A program made the translations under genes and the position numbers. Positions 9,476-20,570 of a stretch of 64,000 nucleotides of DNA are shown piece after piece; the first letter of the stretch is position 1; each line of letters starts with the position of its first letter. The notes below the pieces were generated by a model, which made no database searches, was not told the origin of the DNA, and worked only from the letters and a program-made list of their open reading frames with translations. The stretch is from an uncultured Actinomycetes bacterium. Its GTDB lineage: Bacteria; Actinomycetota; Acidimicrobiia; IMCC26256; PALSA-610. The stretch lies in the NCBI GenBank assembly GCA_963837155.1, contig CAWIMB010000001.1:683586-747585 (forward strand). The letters run 5' to 3'.

Positions 9476-11627
9476 ATGCATGCTGTCCCGAACAAGACCA
9501 CAACGGATGATGCCTCGCGCCCTGGAACCGCGCGGCGTACGGACACCGTCACCGTGCTGTTCTGCGACTTGGTCGCGTCGACCGAGCGTCAACAACATCT
9601 CGGGGACGACGCGGCCGACGACTTTCGGCGCCTCGCTTTTTTGGCGTTGAAGGCTGCGGCAACGGCGACACTACGGCGATGTCGTGAAAACTACGGGCGA
9701 CGGCATGATGGTTGTCTTCCGCGAAAGTGCCGTCGACGCCGTCGCTTGTGCATCACTGATGCACGACGAGATCGAGACACTCGGAGTCGAGCCGCCCGCG
9801 TACCTCCGCGTGGGAGTGAGCGCGGGCGAGAGCGCGATCGACGACGACGACGACGACTGGTACGGGACACCGGTCGTCGAAGCGGCCCGGCTCTCCGCGA
9901 TCGCCGACGCGGGCCACACGCTGGTGACCGACGTCGTCCGCGTGCTCGTCGGAACGCGCGGCGGCTATCAACTCCGTCCGCTTGGGTCAGTCACCTTGAA
10001 GGGAATCTCACAGCCGGTCGCGATCGCCGACGTCGTCCACGCGCCAATGGCGGCGCCGCTCTCCCGACCACCCGCGATCACCAAGCGGCGCGCGCATCCC
10101 TCGGCGGTCGCGATCTCCGCCGTCGCGATCGCCGTTGGGGGAAGCGCGTTCGTGACCACGCGCTCGCACACGGAACAGCCACGTTCCGCCACTTCGGGCT
10201 ACACGCCGCGAGTGGTCGCGGAGACGTGCCGTTCGTCGGTGCGCGCGCTGGTTCCGAACGCGACCTGCGGCGTCCTCGTGGTACCCGAGGATCGCGAGCG
10301 ACCGTCAGGACGCTGGATCCGTGTGAAGTTCAGTCGTTACCCCACGCGTGACGCTCCTTCCACCAACGACCCGGTGATCGAGCTCGCGACTGCCCTCGAT
10401 GGGGCAGAGATCGTCGACGATCCGGCGCAGTCGCCGGTACGCGACGACGCCGATCTCATCGTGTTCGGCGGGCGCGGTCTCGCCTCATCGGACCCTTCGC
10501 TCACGCGTCCCGAGTTCGCCGCGATCGCTCCCGACATCCTGCGCCACCCCGAGAACGACGCGCCGACCATCGCCAAGGGGCAGACCGCGCTGCGGGCGTG
10601 CCACGACCGACTGGCGCGCAAGGGCGTCGCGCTCGACCACTACACGGTGACGGATGAGGCCGACGACGTTGTGGACCTCGTGCGCGCGCTGCACCTGCAG
10701 CGAGTGAATCTGCAAGGCGTCTGGGACTCCGCCCGCGTCGCGCTCGCCGTAGCGCGGGAGGCGCCCGATGTCGTTCGCACAATGTTCCTGCTCGACCCCG
10801 AGGTACCCAGATCGAGCTTCATCGCCAATCCGGCCACATCGCTCAGCGCCGCATTCGATCGTTACGTCGCGTTGTGCGAGGCCGATCACCCGTGCCACGC
10901 CTCGTATCCGAACCTCGCCCAAGCGTTCCGCGACGACGTCGCCCGCCAGGCCGCACGTCCACGGATCGTGATCCCAACCGACCTGATCTCCGGGACGTTG
11001 CGCGTCACCGTGAAGCATCCGCCCGTCCTCCTCGACGGCGATCGCCTGGCCCAAGGCCTAGCCGCGGCGTTGACCTCGTCGATGCGAAACATGCCACTTC
11101 TTCCGGCAGGTATCGCACATCCCAACGCGACGCTCAACGGTCACTCGCCTTGGCCCCAGAACTTCCCGTTGGTGCTGAAGGACTTCCCGTGGGGTGGCTT
11201 CCTTTCGCGCATGTGCAGTTACGAGACCCACACCCGGTCGGCCGGCGCTGTGGTCACCGCGGCAACGCGCGCCGAGTTCGCCGGCTACGACGACCCCGCG
11301 TTCCGCTGGACATGCGACGCGTGGAAGGTGCCCGAGGTACAACGCGCCGCGTTTGCCCCGGTGAGCAGCGCCGCTCCGACGCTCATCGTCGAGCAGCAGC
11401 TCGACCCGCGCTGGGAATCCGACGCCGCGTCACAGCTCCGCGCCGGACTCACGCATGTCAGCATGCTTTCGTTCCCCACGCTCCCGGGTGGTGCCGCGCC
11501 CGGCGACTTCCCGGCGTGTTACAACGATCTTCGCCGGCAGTTCGTGCACGACCCGAACAGCACGCTCGACACCGAAGCGTGCGCGCGGCAGAGCCCACCC
11601 ATCCGTTTCGTGGTGCCGACACCATGA
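9476..11627 (+). pseudogene. Adenylate/guanylate cyclase - TM - TAP-like alpha/beta-hydrolase-fold fusion, frameshifted as assembled
   Basis: The cyclase N-terminus VTVLFCDLVASTERQQHLGDDAADDF is in frame 2. The frame switches at about 9666-9675 into VVKTTGDGMMVVF...YGTPVVEAARLSAIA. A TM segment (SAVAISAVAIAVGGSAFV) follows, then a domain collinear with tripeptidyl-aminopeptidase-type hydrolases. Confidence 0.75.
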
Positions 11628-11800
11628 TCGACCGAGCCGGCGACCTCACAATGCTGACGTACAGCGCGGCGGTGGCCCGGCCCACCCAGCTGAACACAGA
11701 AGCCGTCGCGGCTCAACGGGAGGTGCTGAGCAATCGCGCGCAGTCCGGGTGCGCACTCTTACCTCTATGACCGCGCGCACGTGAGGTTGACACTGATGGC

Positions 11801-12787
11801 GTGTACGCAACGCGCTACCGCTGCGTGGTACGGAGCCAGATGCCGGTCGAACTCCACAACGTCACGATGCAGCAGCGTCCGGTATTCGTGGCCGGGAACG
11901 CTTCGACCGTAGGCATGGCGGCGATGGGCGTCGCGGCCGCAACAATGTGGGGTCGCGCGCGCCAAAAGAAGCTCGAAGGCCAGGTTCGCTGGGTGCCCGC
12001 AACCGGCGAAGTCGCCCTCACCGACGACCGCGTGGTGCTGCGGCTCACGGCCACCGGCAAGGTCCCCGGCGTGAGGATCACCGGCGATCCGGCGGCGCGC
12101 ACGATCGAACAGGAGATTCCGTACGGATTGCTCAAGCGCTTCGGCACCGAACGCCACGGCGTGTACCTCGATGTGTTCGGACAGAACGCGGTCTGGATTC
12201 AGCCCCAAGACCGCGGCGAGTTCACGCAATGGCTGGCGCACCTGAGCTACGGCAAGACGTGGACCGACCCGGCCCCCGTTGAAGTTCGCCAGGAGCTTGC
12301 GGTCGCGGACTGGTGCCAGGACAGCCGGTTCGTGTTCGGCCTCCCGGCGGGTTGGGTGCGTCCCCCGGCGGCCGGGCTTGGCCAACAGGCAGCGGCCTGC
12401 GCGCCGTGGATCCTGCGCGCTGCCGTCTGTACCGAGCTCGGCGATTGGGAAGCGCAAGTGCTCGTCATGGAGGTCACCGGCGAGGACGCGCGCAACAGCC
12501 CGACCGATCCCGTCATGATGGCCGCCGAGTTCGCGGCCGGAACGAAGATCACACCGCTCAGACCCACGCAGCTGTACGCGCTCGACACCACTCCGGGCGT
12601 CATGATGCGCGGCATGTCATCGGTGGCCGGAGCGTCGTTCGACCGCACCTACGTCGTGGTCAACCGGGGCGGGGTACCGATCGTCGTCTGGTACACGGTG
12701 GTGGGCGGCGCGCTTGGCGACGGAAGTCATGAGCGCTGGCTTCCCGACTTCCACACCATGCTGGCGACCTGGCACTGGTACGTCTGA
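11801..12787 (+). CDS. Hypothetical protein
   Basis: 328-aa ORF with non-artefactual composition and no motif I recognise. The start is uncertain; an internal Met near 11840 is possible. Confidence 0.55.
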   Translation: MYATRYRCVVRSQMPVELHNVTMQQRPVFVAGNASTVGMAAMGVAAATMWGRARQKKLEGQVRWVPATGEVALTDDRVVLRLTATGKVPGVRITGDPAARTIEQEIPYGLLKRFGTERHGVYLDVFGQNAVWIQPQDRGEFTQWLAHLSYGKTWTDPAPVEVRQELAVADWCQDSRFVFGLPAGWVRPPAAGLGQQAAACAPWILRAAVCTELGDWEAQVLVMEVTGEDARNSPTDPVMMAAEFAAGTKITPLRPTQLYALDTTPGVMMRGMSSVAGASFDRTYVVVNRGGVPIVVWYTVVGGALGDGSHERWLPDFHTMLATWHWYV

Positions 12788-12811
12788 GGGCCGAAGCGGG
12801 CGAGCAGGACG

Positions 12812-13528
12812 TTACGAGCGCTCCAGCGCGTCGAGATCGCGCGTTGCATAGCCGTGGTGCGCCATCTCCTCTTCGAACACGACGTGCACACAGCCTTGCA
12901 CCGGCGCGTTGCCGTTTTCGAGTACCTGACGGGTTTGGGTGAGGTCGGCCGGATCGAGATCGGCGAGATACTTCGCGAAGCGCGCGCCACGATCGCGACG
13001 TACGGCCAGCGTGTCGGCGAACGACGGATCGGCGTCGCGATCGATGCCCGGCCACGGGAAGTCGAGACTCCCCGTGTTCGGCAACCCGATCGGGTCGAAC
13101 TCGCCGCCGAGGATCGGCACGGTGACCCACTTGTCCATCGCGAATACCAAGTGGCGAAGCGTTTGCACGAACGACCATTCGCCGTCGACCGACGCGTGCA
13201 GCGTTTCCTCGGGCAGCTGTTGCGCGCGTACGATGGTCGCGTCCCAGATGGAGGACACCGCGTTCCAGGATGCGCGCATGCCTTCGGGATCGGTTGGTTG
13301 TATGAGCGCCCGTTCCGGATTGATGCGTGCGAGCTCTGCACTCACGTACGCCGTGACGTCGACGCCGTTGATCGTCAGCGCGGCGATCATCCCGTCGATG
13401 TCGACGTTCACCAACCACACGTCGGACATCTTTACGTTCGTCAGGTTGGCACCCTCGATCCGCGCGTCGGTGAGATCGACCTCGCGGAACTGCGCGCCGC
13501 GCAGGTCGGCGTTTTCGAAGTCCGTCAT
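12812..13528 (-). CDS. Pentapeptide-repeat / DinB-family fusion protein
   Basis: The N-terminus has pentapeptide repeats (ADLRGAQFREVDLTDARIEGANLTNVKMSDV). The C-terminus is DinB-like (WSFVQTLRHLVFAMDKW ... EEEMAHHGYATRDLDAL). Confidence 0.8.
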   Translation of the reverse strand: MTDFENADLRGAQFREVDLTDARIEGANLTNVKMSDVWLVNVDIDGMIAALTINGVDVTAYVSAELARINPERALIQPTDPEGMRASWNAVSSIWDATIVRAQQLPEETLHASVDGEWSFVQTLRHLVFAMDKWVTVPILGGEFDPIGLPNTGSLDFPWPGIDRDADPSFADTLAVRRDRGARFAKYLADLDPADLTQTRQVLENGNAPVQGCVHVVFEEEMAHHGYATRDLDALERS

Positions 13529-16500
13529 GCCGGAAAGTCTTCCAGACGAGTCAACTCCTGCGTGAGCCGATCGACGACGGCGTCGAAGTCTTGATCGACA
13601 CCCCTCGCCATTCCCTCCTCGATCACGTCCGCGGGTAGACCGGACCGGCCCAGGATCCGTCCGAGCTCGGCCTCACCGTCGCTGTTGAGCGCGGGCTGGC
13701 CTTGCACAAGTCCGATGAGCTCGAGCGCCGTTGCGGTATCGCCGTTGGTCAAGCGCCGATCGGCTTCCGCAAGCACGCAGAACATCAACGCCCACGTCGC
13801 GCCCGTTTTCCGTACGACGGTGAGCGCCTCATGAGTCAGCCGCCGGGCCTCAGGGTCCTCGCCGAGACGGACGTGGACCTGTGCCATGTTCGCCGCAGAT
13901 GTGCCGTCACGAATTTGGCTGCCGAGCCGACGACTGAGCGACCTCGCCTGCCGGTAGTGGTCGAGCGCGGCGAGATATTCGTCCCGCGTCTCTTCTGCAT
14001 CGCCGAGGAGATGGTGACCGACGCCGAGGTTGCTGTGTGCAAGCGCCTCCCCCTCCAGATCGCCGACTTCGACCGCGATGGCAAGCGCCTCGGTGCTGTA
14101 CCGCACCGCGGCCCGGACGTCACCGTCCATCCCGGCGATCATGGTGAGAAGGGCGAGCACCACACGGGTGGCGGCCGGATTCTGGTCGTGCCTTGCCAAC
14201 TCGCGGGCCTGGGCGGCGTACGCCTTTGCGGCGTCGGCGTCACCCCGGGCCATCGCGTTCCACGACAGGCCCGCGAGGACCCGCCCGAGCAGTCTTCCTC
14301 CCTGCCGTTCTACCTCCGGCAACACCTCGTCGAGCATTGCCTGTTCGCGATCGAACTCGCCCCGCTCGGACGCGATCCAGCTCCCCAGGAAGAGCGCCAT
14401 GGAGCGCGCCTGCGGGGATTCGGCGCGGCGTAGCGCTTCGTCGTCGTAGCCGGAGGCGGCATCGAGGTCACCCAACCGCAGACATGCCTCGGTCATCGTC
14501 GTCAACGCATCGACGGGGGGTGCCACCTCGTCTTGTTGCCACAGCTCGAAGGCCTCGTCGAGGCTCCGGCGCGCCGCCGCCGAGTTGCCGGCACCCAGCG
14601 ACACCGCCGCGGCTCGATACAACCAGTCCGCGGCCGACGCGAGGTCACCGCCCATGCGATGGTGCGTGGCAATCAGCCCGGCGTATTCCGTCTGCCGCTC
14701 GCCGGCATGGTCGCTGATCCAGTCGGCCACGAGTCGGTGCAGACGTTGTCGATCGCGCAGCAGCACCGTTTCGTACGTCACGTCCCTGAGCAACGCGTGC
14801 TTGAACACGAACTCGACGCACTCGTCGAATGACGAATACTCGCGGCGGAAGACAAGCTCGCGCTGACACGCTGCTTCGAGGCAGCTCGCCGTTACCTCGA
14901 TGTCGCGGTGGCCGATGGAGGCGACGGTGCCGTCCCAGAACACGCGGCCGACCACCGACGACCCCTGCAGCGCTTCCCGTTCTGCGAGCGCGAGACTGTC
15001 GATGCGAGTCTGGAGCACTCCCGTCAACGTGGCCGGCACTCGCTCCGGATCGAGTCGCTCGGCGTGGATCCGCCACGGGCCCCACGACGCGCCCGTCTCG
15101 ATGACGCCGTCGTCGATCAGCATCTTCACGAGCTCTTCCACGTAGAACGCATTACCGTCTGCTCGCTCGACGATCAGTTGCGTGAGGTCGTGAGGGACGG
15201 ACTCAGCGTTCTGCAGGACCTCGTCGACAAGCGTCGCGCGTCGCGTCCGTGCCGAGCGGCTCCAGCTGCAACGCCACCGACGTCCGCGCGACCAGGCCCT
15301 CGGCCTCGGGTCGTTCCAGCAACGCTGATCGCGCCGCTCCCACAACCAGCAAGTGGACCTCGGCAAGTTGCGCGATGAGGTCGTCGACGAGCGCCAACGA
15401 CTCGTCATCGGCCCAGTGCAGGTCCTCGAGGAAGACGACGACTGGGCCATCGGCTGCCAGCGCATCGAAGTAGCGGAACACGTGCGCACGTGCAGTCGAC
15501 GCGAGCTGTCCCGACCCGAGCAGACGCTGCACGGCTGCGCTCGACCCGAGATCGAAGCCCAGCCAGTGAGCTACGAGGTCGGCCTCGCCCGCGGTCAGCG
15601 TCGGACCGAGGCCGAGGTGCATCTTGTCCGCCACCACCGAGGCCGAGTCGCTGTCGCGCACACCGAACCGATCGCCGAGCAGATCGCGCACGAGGGCGAA
15701 CGCGGCCGAGCGGTGCGTGGCAAGGGCGCGACCCTTGAAGAAGTAGGTCGCGGCGGGGTGCAGCTCGATCCAGTTCTCGAACTCGTAGAGCAATCGTGAC
15801 TTGCCGATGCCGGCCTCACCGATGATCGTCACCGCTCGTGTCACCGGCCGTTCGACCACGGACTCGAACTCGGCTCGTAGCACTCCGAGCTCGTCGGCCC
15901 GGCCGATCATGCGCGTCTCGACGCCTTCGACGCCGCGCGTGGACATGCGAAACGCGTGAGCCTTCGCTTGCCGCACCGCATACACGCGGATCGGCTGATC
16001 CTTGCCCTTCACCGTCGCCGCATCGAGCTCTTCGACGTCAAACACGCCGCGGATGTGGCGATAGGTGTCGTGCGTGACGAGTACTCCACCCAGCGGCGCG
16101 AAATTCTGCACCCGGCTCGCCACGTTCACGGTGTCGCCCATCGCGGTGAACTCGGCGCTCGCGCCAACCACGCCGAGGTGCGCGGGCCCGGTGTTGATCC
16201 CGACCCGCATCATGAGCCGGTCGACGGAGCCGCGGCGCTTCAGCTCCTCCTGCATGGCCAGGCCGGCGCGCACGGCGCGCTCCGGATCATCTTCCTGCGT
16301 CGAGATCACACCCCACACCGCCATGACGGCGTCGCCGATGTGCTTGTCGACGCGCCCCCCATGATCCGCGATGACCTTGTCGAGGCTCGACCACAGCTCG
16401 TTCATCACGCCCGCGACTGCCTCCGGATCCAAACGCGACGACATCGACGTGAAGCCACTCACGTCGGCGAACATCACCGTGACCTGGCGGCGCCGCTGCG

Positions 16501-16645
16501 AATCGGAGCCGGACGTCTCGAGCTGTCGCCGCATTGCCGCGACGGCCGCGTCGACGATCTCGTCCGGCACAACGCCCCGCAGATCCTCCTGCGCGGCGAT
16601 GGCCCGTTCGAGCTGCTCCCGATCGGTCGTCGAGCGGTCGTCCAC
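13525..16645 (-). pseudogene. Adenylate/guanylate cyclase - AAA(STAND-like) ATPase - TPR regulator, frameshifted as assembled
   Basis: Cyclase domain (VTVMFADVSGFTSMSS, HIGDAVMAVWG, GINTGPAHLGVVG, GDTVNVASRVQ) and P-loop IIGEAGIGKSRL lie in ORF 15203..16645. The continuation TLVDEVLQNAE...GNAFYVEELVKML plus a TPR-like C-terminus lies in ORF 13525..15489. The switch is at about 15236-15250. Confidence 0.85.
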
Positions 16646-16669
16646 CGATCGCCATACTGGCAGAAGCGC

Positions 16670-18673
16670 TCACGGCTTCGATCCGGGTCGCATCATGTAC
16701 TCGTCGCGGTTGAGCGGGTTTGCCGTCGTCCGGTGCCGGGTCGGGGACGCGCCGCTCACGGGTTCGTAACCGCCGAGGTTGGTCTCGACAACGCCTTCGC
16801 CGCCTGTGAGGCCTGGTAGCTGCCGCTGAAGGTCCCGCGCCCGAGACGCTGGCATCACCGTTGTGATCGTGGACAGGTCGCCCTTCATCGATGGCGTCTC
16901 AACGACCTCGCCGAGCCGCGCCACTGACGCAAGAACAGCGCCGATGGTGTCGGACGGGGTCTCGATGTTGACACGGATCATCGGTTCGCAGACGACTGTT
17001 TTCGCCCGCTCGAGTGCACACATCAGAACGAGGGGCGTGAGCTTGCGGAAGTCCGCGGCCGTGGTGCGCGTCGTCTTCCGTGAGGGCTTGCCGGGTCCGT
17101 CGCCCACGTAGTAGCCGCATTCGATCATGGTCACGACACAGTCGGTTACCTGCCAGCCGAACAGACCCTCTTGGAGTGTGCGGCAGATGTACTGCGTCAT
17201 GAGGTCGACGAACTTGTCGGCGGTTTTGTAGATGTGCGTTGGTAGCGAGCGAGAGTCGACATCCAGTCGGAACTCAATGCCCGACCCGATCGGCGCGGGA
17301 TCGACGCGCAAACCGACCGTTGCCGAGAACGGGTTCGCATCCTCCTGCAGCAACTCGACGGCGTGGCCCGTGCCCACGGGGCGCTCGATGTAGATGGTCG
17401 TCGTCTCGTGGAAGGTGACGTCGATACCGAAGTCGTTTGCGAGCGTCGCTCCGATGACTTCCTTCTGCACCTCCCCGTAGAGCGAGACCGACAGTTCCTG
17501 GCGGAGATCGTCTTGCCGTACGTTGATCAGCGGGTCCTGCTCGACAAGTTGCGCGAGGGCGACGGGCAGCCGGGCTCGGTCGTCGGGACTGTCGGCGACG
17601 ACCACGGATTCCATTGTCGGCGGAGCGAACTGATGGTCCGTATCGGCGCCTCCCGTCGGTCCGATCCGGTCGCCGATCTGAATGTCGTGGAGACCCCAAA
17701 GCATCGCGATCTCACCGGCGACCGCGAAGGGTCGGAGAACTGCCGCGCCGTGCTCGAAGACACGGATCGCGGTCACCCGCTCCTTGATCTCGAGACCGAA
17801 CTCGAGTTGGTCGCGCGTTCGAAGCGTTCCGGAGAACATGCGCACATAGGCGATCTTCTCGCCGGCCGCAGCGCGTTCGATCTTGAACACGGTGCCCGAC
17901 ACTGGGCCGTCGGCGTCGCCTGTCTTCGTCGGCAAGAGCTCGACGATGCCGGCGATGAGCGCGTCCACGCCGGCTCCTGTGATCGCAGAGCCGAAGTACA
18001 CCGGGTGCACAAGGACACGTCGCGTTTGCGCGGCGAGTTCCTTGCGGAGCCGCCGGTACGGAAGCGTCGCCTCGACGTCGACGTATTCCGCGAGGATCGA
18101 GTCGTTGTGCTCGGCGAGCTCTTCGGTCAGCCGTTCGGCAAACGCAGCGTCGGCGCTGGGCGAGGGTGTGAAGTTGGCGTCACGCGTTCCGAGGTCGCGC
18201 GCCGTGCCCATTGGGACGATTGCCGAGGTGAGTCGCTCCGAGATGACCCGCAGCACGCGTTCGTCGCCGGCACCGCGCCGGTCGATCTTGTTGACGAACA
18301 TGAGGGTCGGCACGCGCAGTCGTTGCAGGGCGCGCATGAGAATGCGCGTCTGTGGCTGTACGCCTTCGACGGCGGAGATCACCAGCACCGCACCGTCGAG
18401 CACACGGAGCGCGCGTTCAACCTCGGCTATGAAATCGGGGTGACCGGGCGTGTCGATCAGATTGACGGTGACGTCATCGATCGTGAACGAAACGACGGCG
18501 GACTTGATCGTGATGCCACGCTGCTGCTCGAGTGCGAGCGAGTCGGTCTGGGTCGTGCCACGATCGACGCTGCCGACCTCGTCGATGGCACCGGCGGCGT
18601 AGAGCAGCCGCTCCGTCAGTGTCGTCTTACCGGCGTCTATGTGCGCCAAGATCCCCAAGTTCAGCGTCTTCAT
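16670..18673 (-). CDS. Ribosomal-protection-type translational GTPase (Tet(M)/Tet(O)/OtrA family, EF-G-like)
   Basis: 667 aa with G1 GILAHIDAGKTTLTERLLY, G3 DTPGHPDF and G4 NKIDR. It shows EF-G-like domain collinearity and the length typical of TetM/OtrA proteins. Confidence 0.88.
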   Translation of the reverse strand: MKTLNLGILAHIDAGKTTLTERLLYAAGAIDEVGSVDRGTTQTDSLALEQQRGITIKSAVVSFTIDDVTVNLIDTPGHPDFIAEVERALRVLDGAVLVISAVEGVQPQTRILMRALQRLRVPTLMFVNKIDRRGAGDERVLRVISERLTSAIVPMGTARDLGTRDANFTPSPSADAAFAERLTEELAEHNDSILAEYVDVEATLPYRRLRKELAAQTRRVLVHPVYFGSAITGAGVDALIAGIVELLPTKTGDADGPVSGTVFKIERAAAGEKIAYVRMFSGTLRTRDQLEFGLEIKERVTAIRVFEHGAAVLRPFAVAGEIAMLWGLHDIQIGDRIGPTGGADTDHQFAPPTMESVVVADSPDDRARLPVALAQLVEQDPLINVRQDDLRQELSVSLYGEVQKEVIGATLANDFGIDVTFHETTTIYIERPVGTGHAVELLQEDANPFSATVGLRVDPAPIGSGIEFRLDVDSRSLPTHIYKTADKFVDLMTQYICRTLQEGLFGWQVTDCVVTMIECGYYVGDGPGKPSRKTTRTTAADFRKLTPLVLMCALERAKTVVCEPMIRVNIETPSDTIGAVLASVARLGEVVETPSMKGDLSTITTVMPASRARDLQRQLPGLTGGEGVVETNLGGYEPVSGASPTRHRTTANPLNRDEYMMRPGSKP

Positions 18674-18734
18674 GAAGCGTTACGTCCTCCGGATAGGTGA
18701 CTCCCTTCGCGATGGACATGAACGCTCCGCGCAT
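18627..18734 (-). promoter_or_regulatory. Candidate leader uORF upstream of and overlapping the TetM-like gene start
   Basis: An AAGGAG SD (ctcctt at 18741-18746) sits 6 nt before the ATG (cat 18732-18734). It encodes MRGAFMSIAKGVTYPEDVTLHEDAELGDLGAHRRR, which runs 47 nt into the TetM-like CDS in another frame. Confidence 0.3.
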
Positions 18735-18788
18735 TGCTGTCTCCTTGGTAGGCCCGCTCGGCCAGAGTGCAGCAGAATGCCGGCCCGC

Positions 18789-18816
18789 GGGCAACCGATT
18801 TCCGGAGTGGTTGCCC
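18789..18816 (-). promoter_or_regulatory. Perfect 8-bp stem hairpin in the 5' leader of the TetM-like gene
   Basis: GGGCAACC (18789-18796), a 12-nt loop, then GGTTGCCC (18809-18816). It sits in the 256-bp divergent intergenic region between the TetM-like and lipid-kinase genes. Confidence 0.35.
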
Positions 18817-18929
18817 ACGCCGAACAACCCCCTACTGGCGCTTCGGGAACGTGTGGGATGGGATAGTGGTCGCCCGGTGGTGGTCGGCATGCGCGACGAA
18901 GGGTTCCTTACAGTGCGCAGAGATGAGCC

Positions 18930-20264
18930 ATGAGGACGCGCGGCCGACAATGGACGGCACTGGGCGCGATCGTGGTCGGTCTTGGGGCGTTCGTGGCCGG
19001 GGCCTCGTTGCTCTGGAACGACTGGGCGGCACTGCTCGTCGCGCTGGGTTGCCTCATCGTCGCGACGTGCGCCGCGTGGTACGTGCTCACTCGCCGGGGC
19101 ATGGTTCGATGCATCGCTGTGGTCGTCGTGCTCGGGGCGCTGGTAGCGGCGATTGGGGCGCTCGTACCCGAACACGGCCTCTGGCACATCGCGCTCGTAC
19201 TGAGCCTTGGTCTCGGTAGCGCAGCGCTCGCCCGCATTGCGCTCGGCGCTGGTCGCTCCGAGCTGCGGTCACAGGCACCGCCGGGCGTTCAGGTGGGCGC
19301 GGCCGCTCGGCCGGTGCTCGTCGCGAACCCGAGGTCAGGTGGCGGGAAAGCGAACGACTCGTTCCTGGCCGCGGCCCGAGCGCGCGGTATCGAGACCATC
19401 GCGCTTCGCCCCGGCGACGATCTCGAGCAGCTCGCCCGCGACGCTGTCGCCCGCGGCGCCGATGTCATCGGGATGGCGGGTGGTGACGGATCCCAAGCGC
19501 TCGTCGCCGCGATCGCGGCCGAGCACGATCTGCCGTTCGTGTGCATTCCAGCAGGCACACGCAACCATTTCGCGCTCGACCTCGGTATCGACCGAGACGA
19601 CGTCGTTGGTGCACTCGATGCGTTCGCCGACGGCTACGAACGCCGCGTGGACCTCGCGACCGTAAACGGCCGGGTCTTCGTCAACAACGTCTCGCTCGGC
19701 CTCTACGCGGCGATCGTCCAGTCGGAGGGGTATCGCGACGACAAGATGGGCACTGCGGCGAACATGCTGCCCGACCTCCTCGGCAACGACTATTCGCAGT
19801 TCGACTTCGAGATCGAGGGCCCCACCGCTATCGACCGCTCCAATCCCGACCTCGTGCTCGTGTCCAACAACGTGTATCGGCTCTCCGGCATCGGCGGCTA
19901 CGGCACCCGCGAACGACTCGACGAAGGCGTCCTCGGCATCGTCGCGATCTCCCTCAACAACGCGCCCGATCTTGCGCGGCTGGTTGCGTTGGAGAGCGCC
20001 GGGCGTGGTTCGTCGTTCGGCGGCTGGCACGAATGGAGCGACACGAACCTGGTGATCCGATCGAGCTGGCCGGTCGACGCCGGGGTGGATGGCGAAGCGC
20101 TCAAGTTCGACCCGCCGTTGCGCATCGCGGTGCGGCCCGGTGCGCTGCGGGTACGGATCGCGCCCCATCATCCCGGCATGTCACCCGCCACGATCGCGGG
20201 AACCGTCTCTCGCGGCGGCCTCCGGCGCCTGCTTCGGTTAGCCATCGGGCGCGATGGAAGCTGA
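18930..20264 (+). CDS. Diacylglycerol-kinase-family lipid kinase with an N-terminal multi-TM segment
   Basis: 444 aa. The N-terminus has about 3-4 hydrophobic helices. The DAGK catalytic region follows (VLVANPRSGGG, GMAGGDGSQALVAA, PFVCIPAGTRNHFALDLG). Confidence 0.85.
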   Translation: MRTRGRQWTALGAIVVGLGAFVAGASLLWNDWAALLVALGCLIVATCAAWYVLTRRGMVRCIAVVVVLGALVAAIGALVPEHGLWHIALVLSLGLGSAALARIALGAGRSELRSQAPPGVQVGAAARPVLVANPRSGGGKANDSFLAAARARGIETIALRPGDDLEQLARDAVARGADVIGMAGGDGSQALVAAIAAEHDLPFVCIPAGTRNHFALDLGIDRDDVVGALDAFADGYERRVDLATVNGRVFVNNVSLGLYAAIVQSEGYRDDKMGTAANMLPDLLGNDYSQFDFEIEGPTAIDRSNPDLVLVSNNVYRLSGIGGYGTRERLDEGVLGIVAISLNNAPDLARLVALESAGRGSSFGGWHEWSDTNLVIRSSWPVDAGVDGEALKFDPPLRIAVRPGALRVRIAPHHPGMSPATIAGTVSRGGLRRLLRLAIGRDGS

Positions 20265-20298
20265 CTTCAACGACCCGCTCCGGTTCACGGTTCCGGTT

Positions 20299-20570
20299 CT
20301 ACAGGCTCAAAAGGAACGCGACGCCGTCGGGCGCGCCGAGTCCGGTTGTCAGGTCGTAGCCCGGACGCGTGTCAATCGCGAGACCGGGGAAGTCGAACGT
20401 GCGCACGGTCGTCACGGTGCCGTTCGACGCGTCGATGCGGTTGCGAAAATCGACGCGCGCCGTCGCGCCGTTGACGTGGTCGATGTCGCGCAGGCCGCCC
20501 CCGTCGCGCACCCTTCCGTACAATGCCGGATTGAGGAAACCGTGCAGCGGTTCGACGAGATGCGTTGTCA
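20299..20570 (-). pseudogene. C-terminal remnant of an S53 (sedolisin/kumamolisin-type) peptidase
   Basis: The tail of ORF 20299..21198 reads HGFLNPALYG...LRDIDHVNG...RPGYDLTTGLGAPDGVAFLLSL, which matches the sedolisin C-terminal pattern. No upstream catalytic domain is present, and the frame runs into the 3' end of the binding-protein gene. Confidence 0.45.

Noticed and set aside
16670-18673. Calling the GTPase a functional tetracycline-resistance determinant, tet(M)/otr(A)
   Set aside because: The family assignment is clear, but resistance function cannot be inferred from sequence alone. Many actinobacterial chromosomes carry such paralogs, so no gene symbol was assigned.
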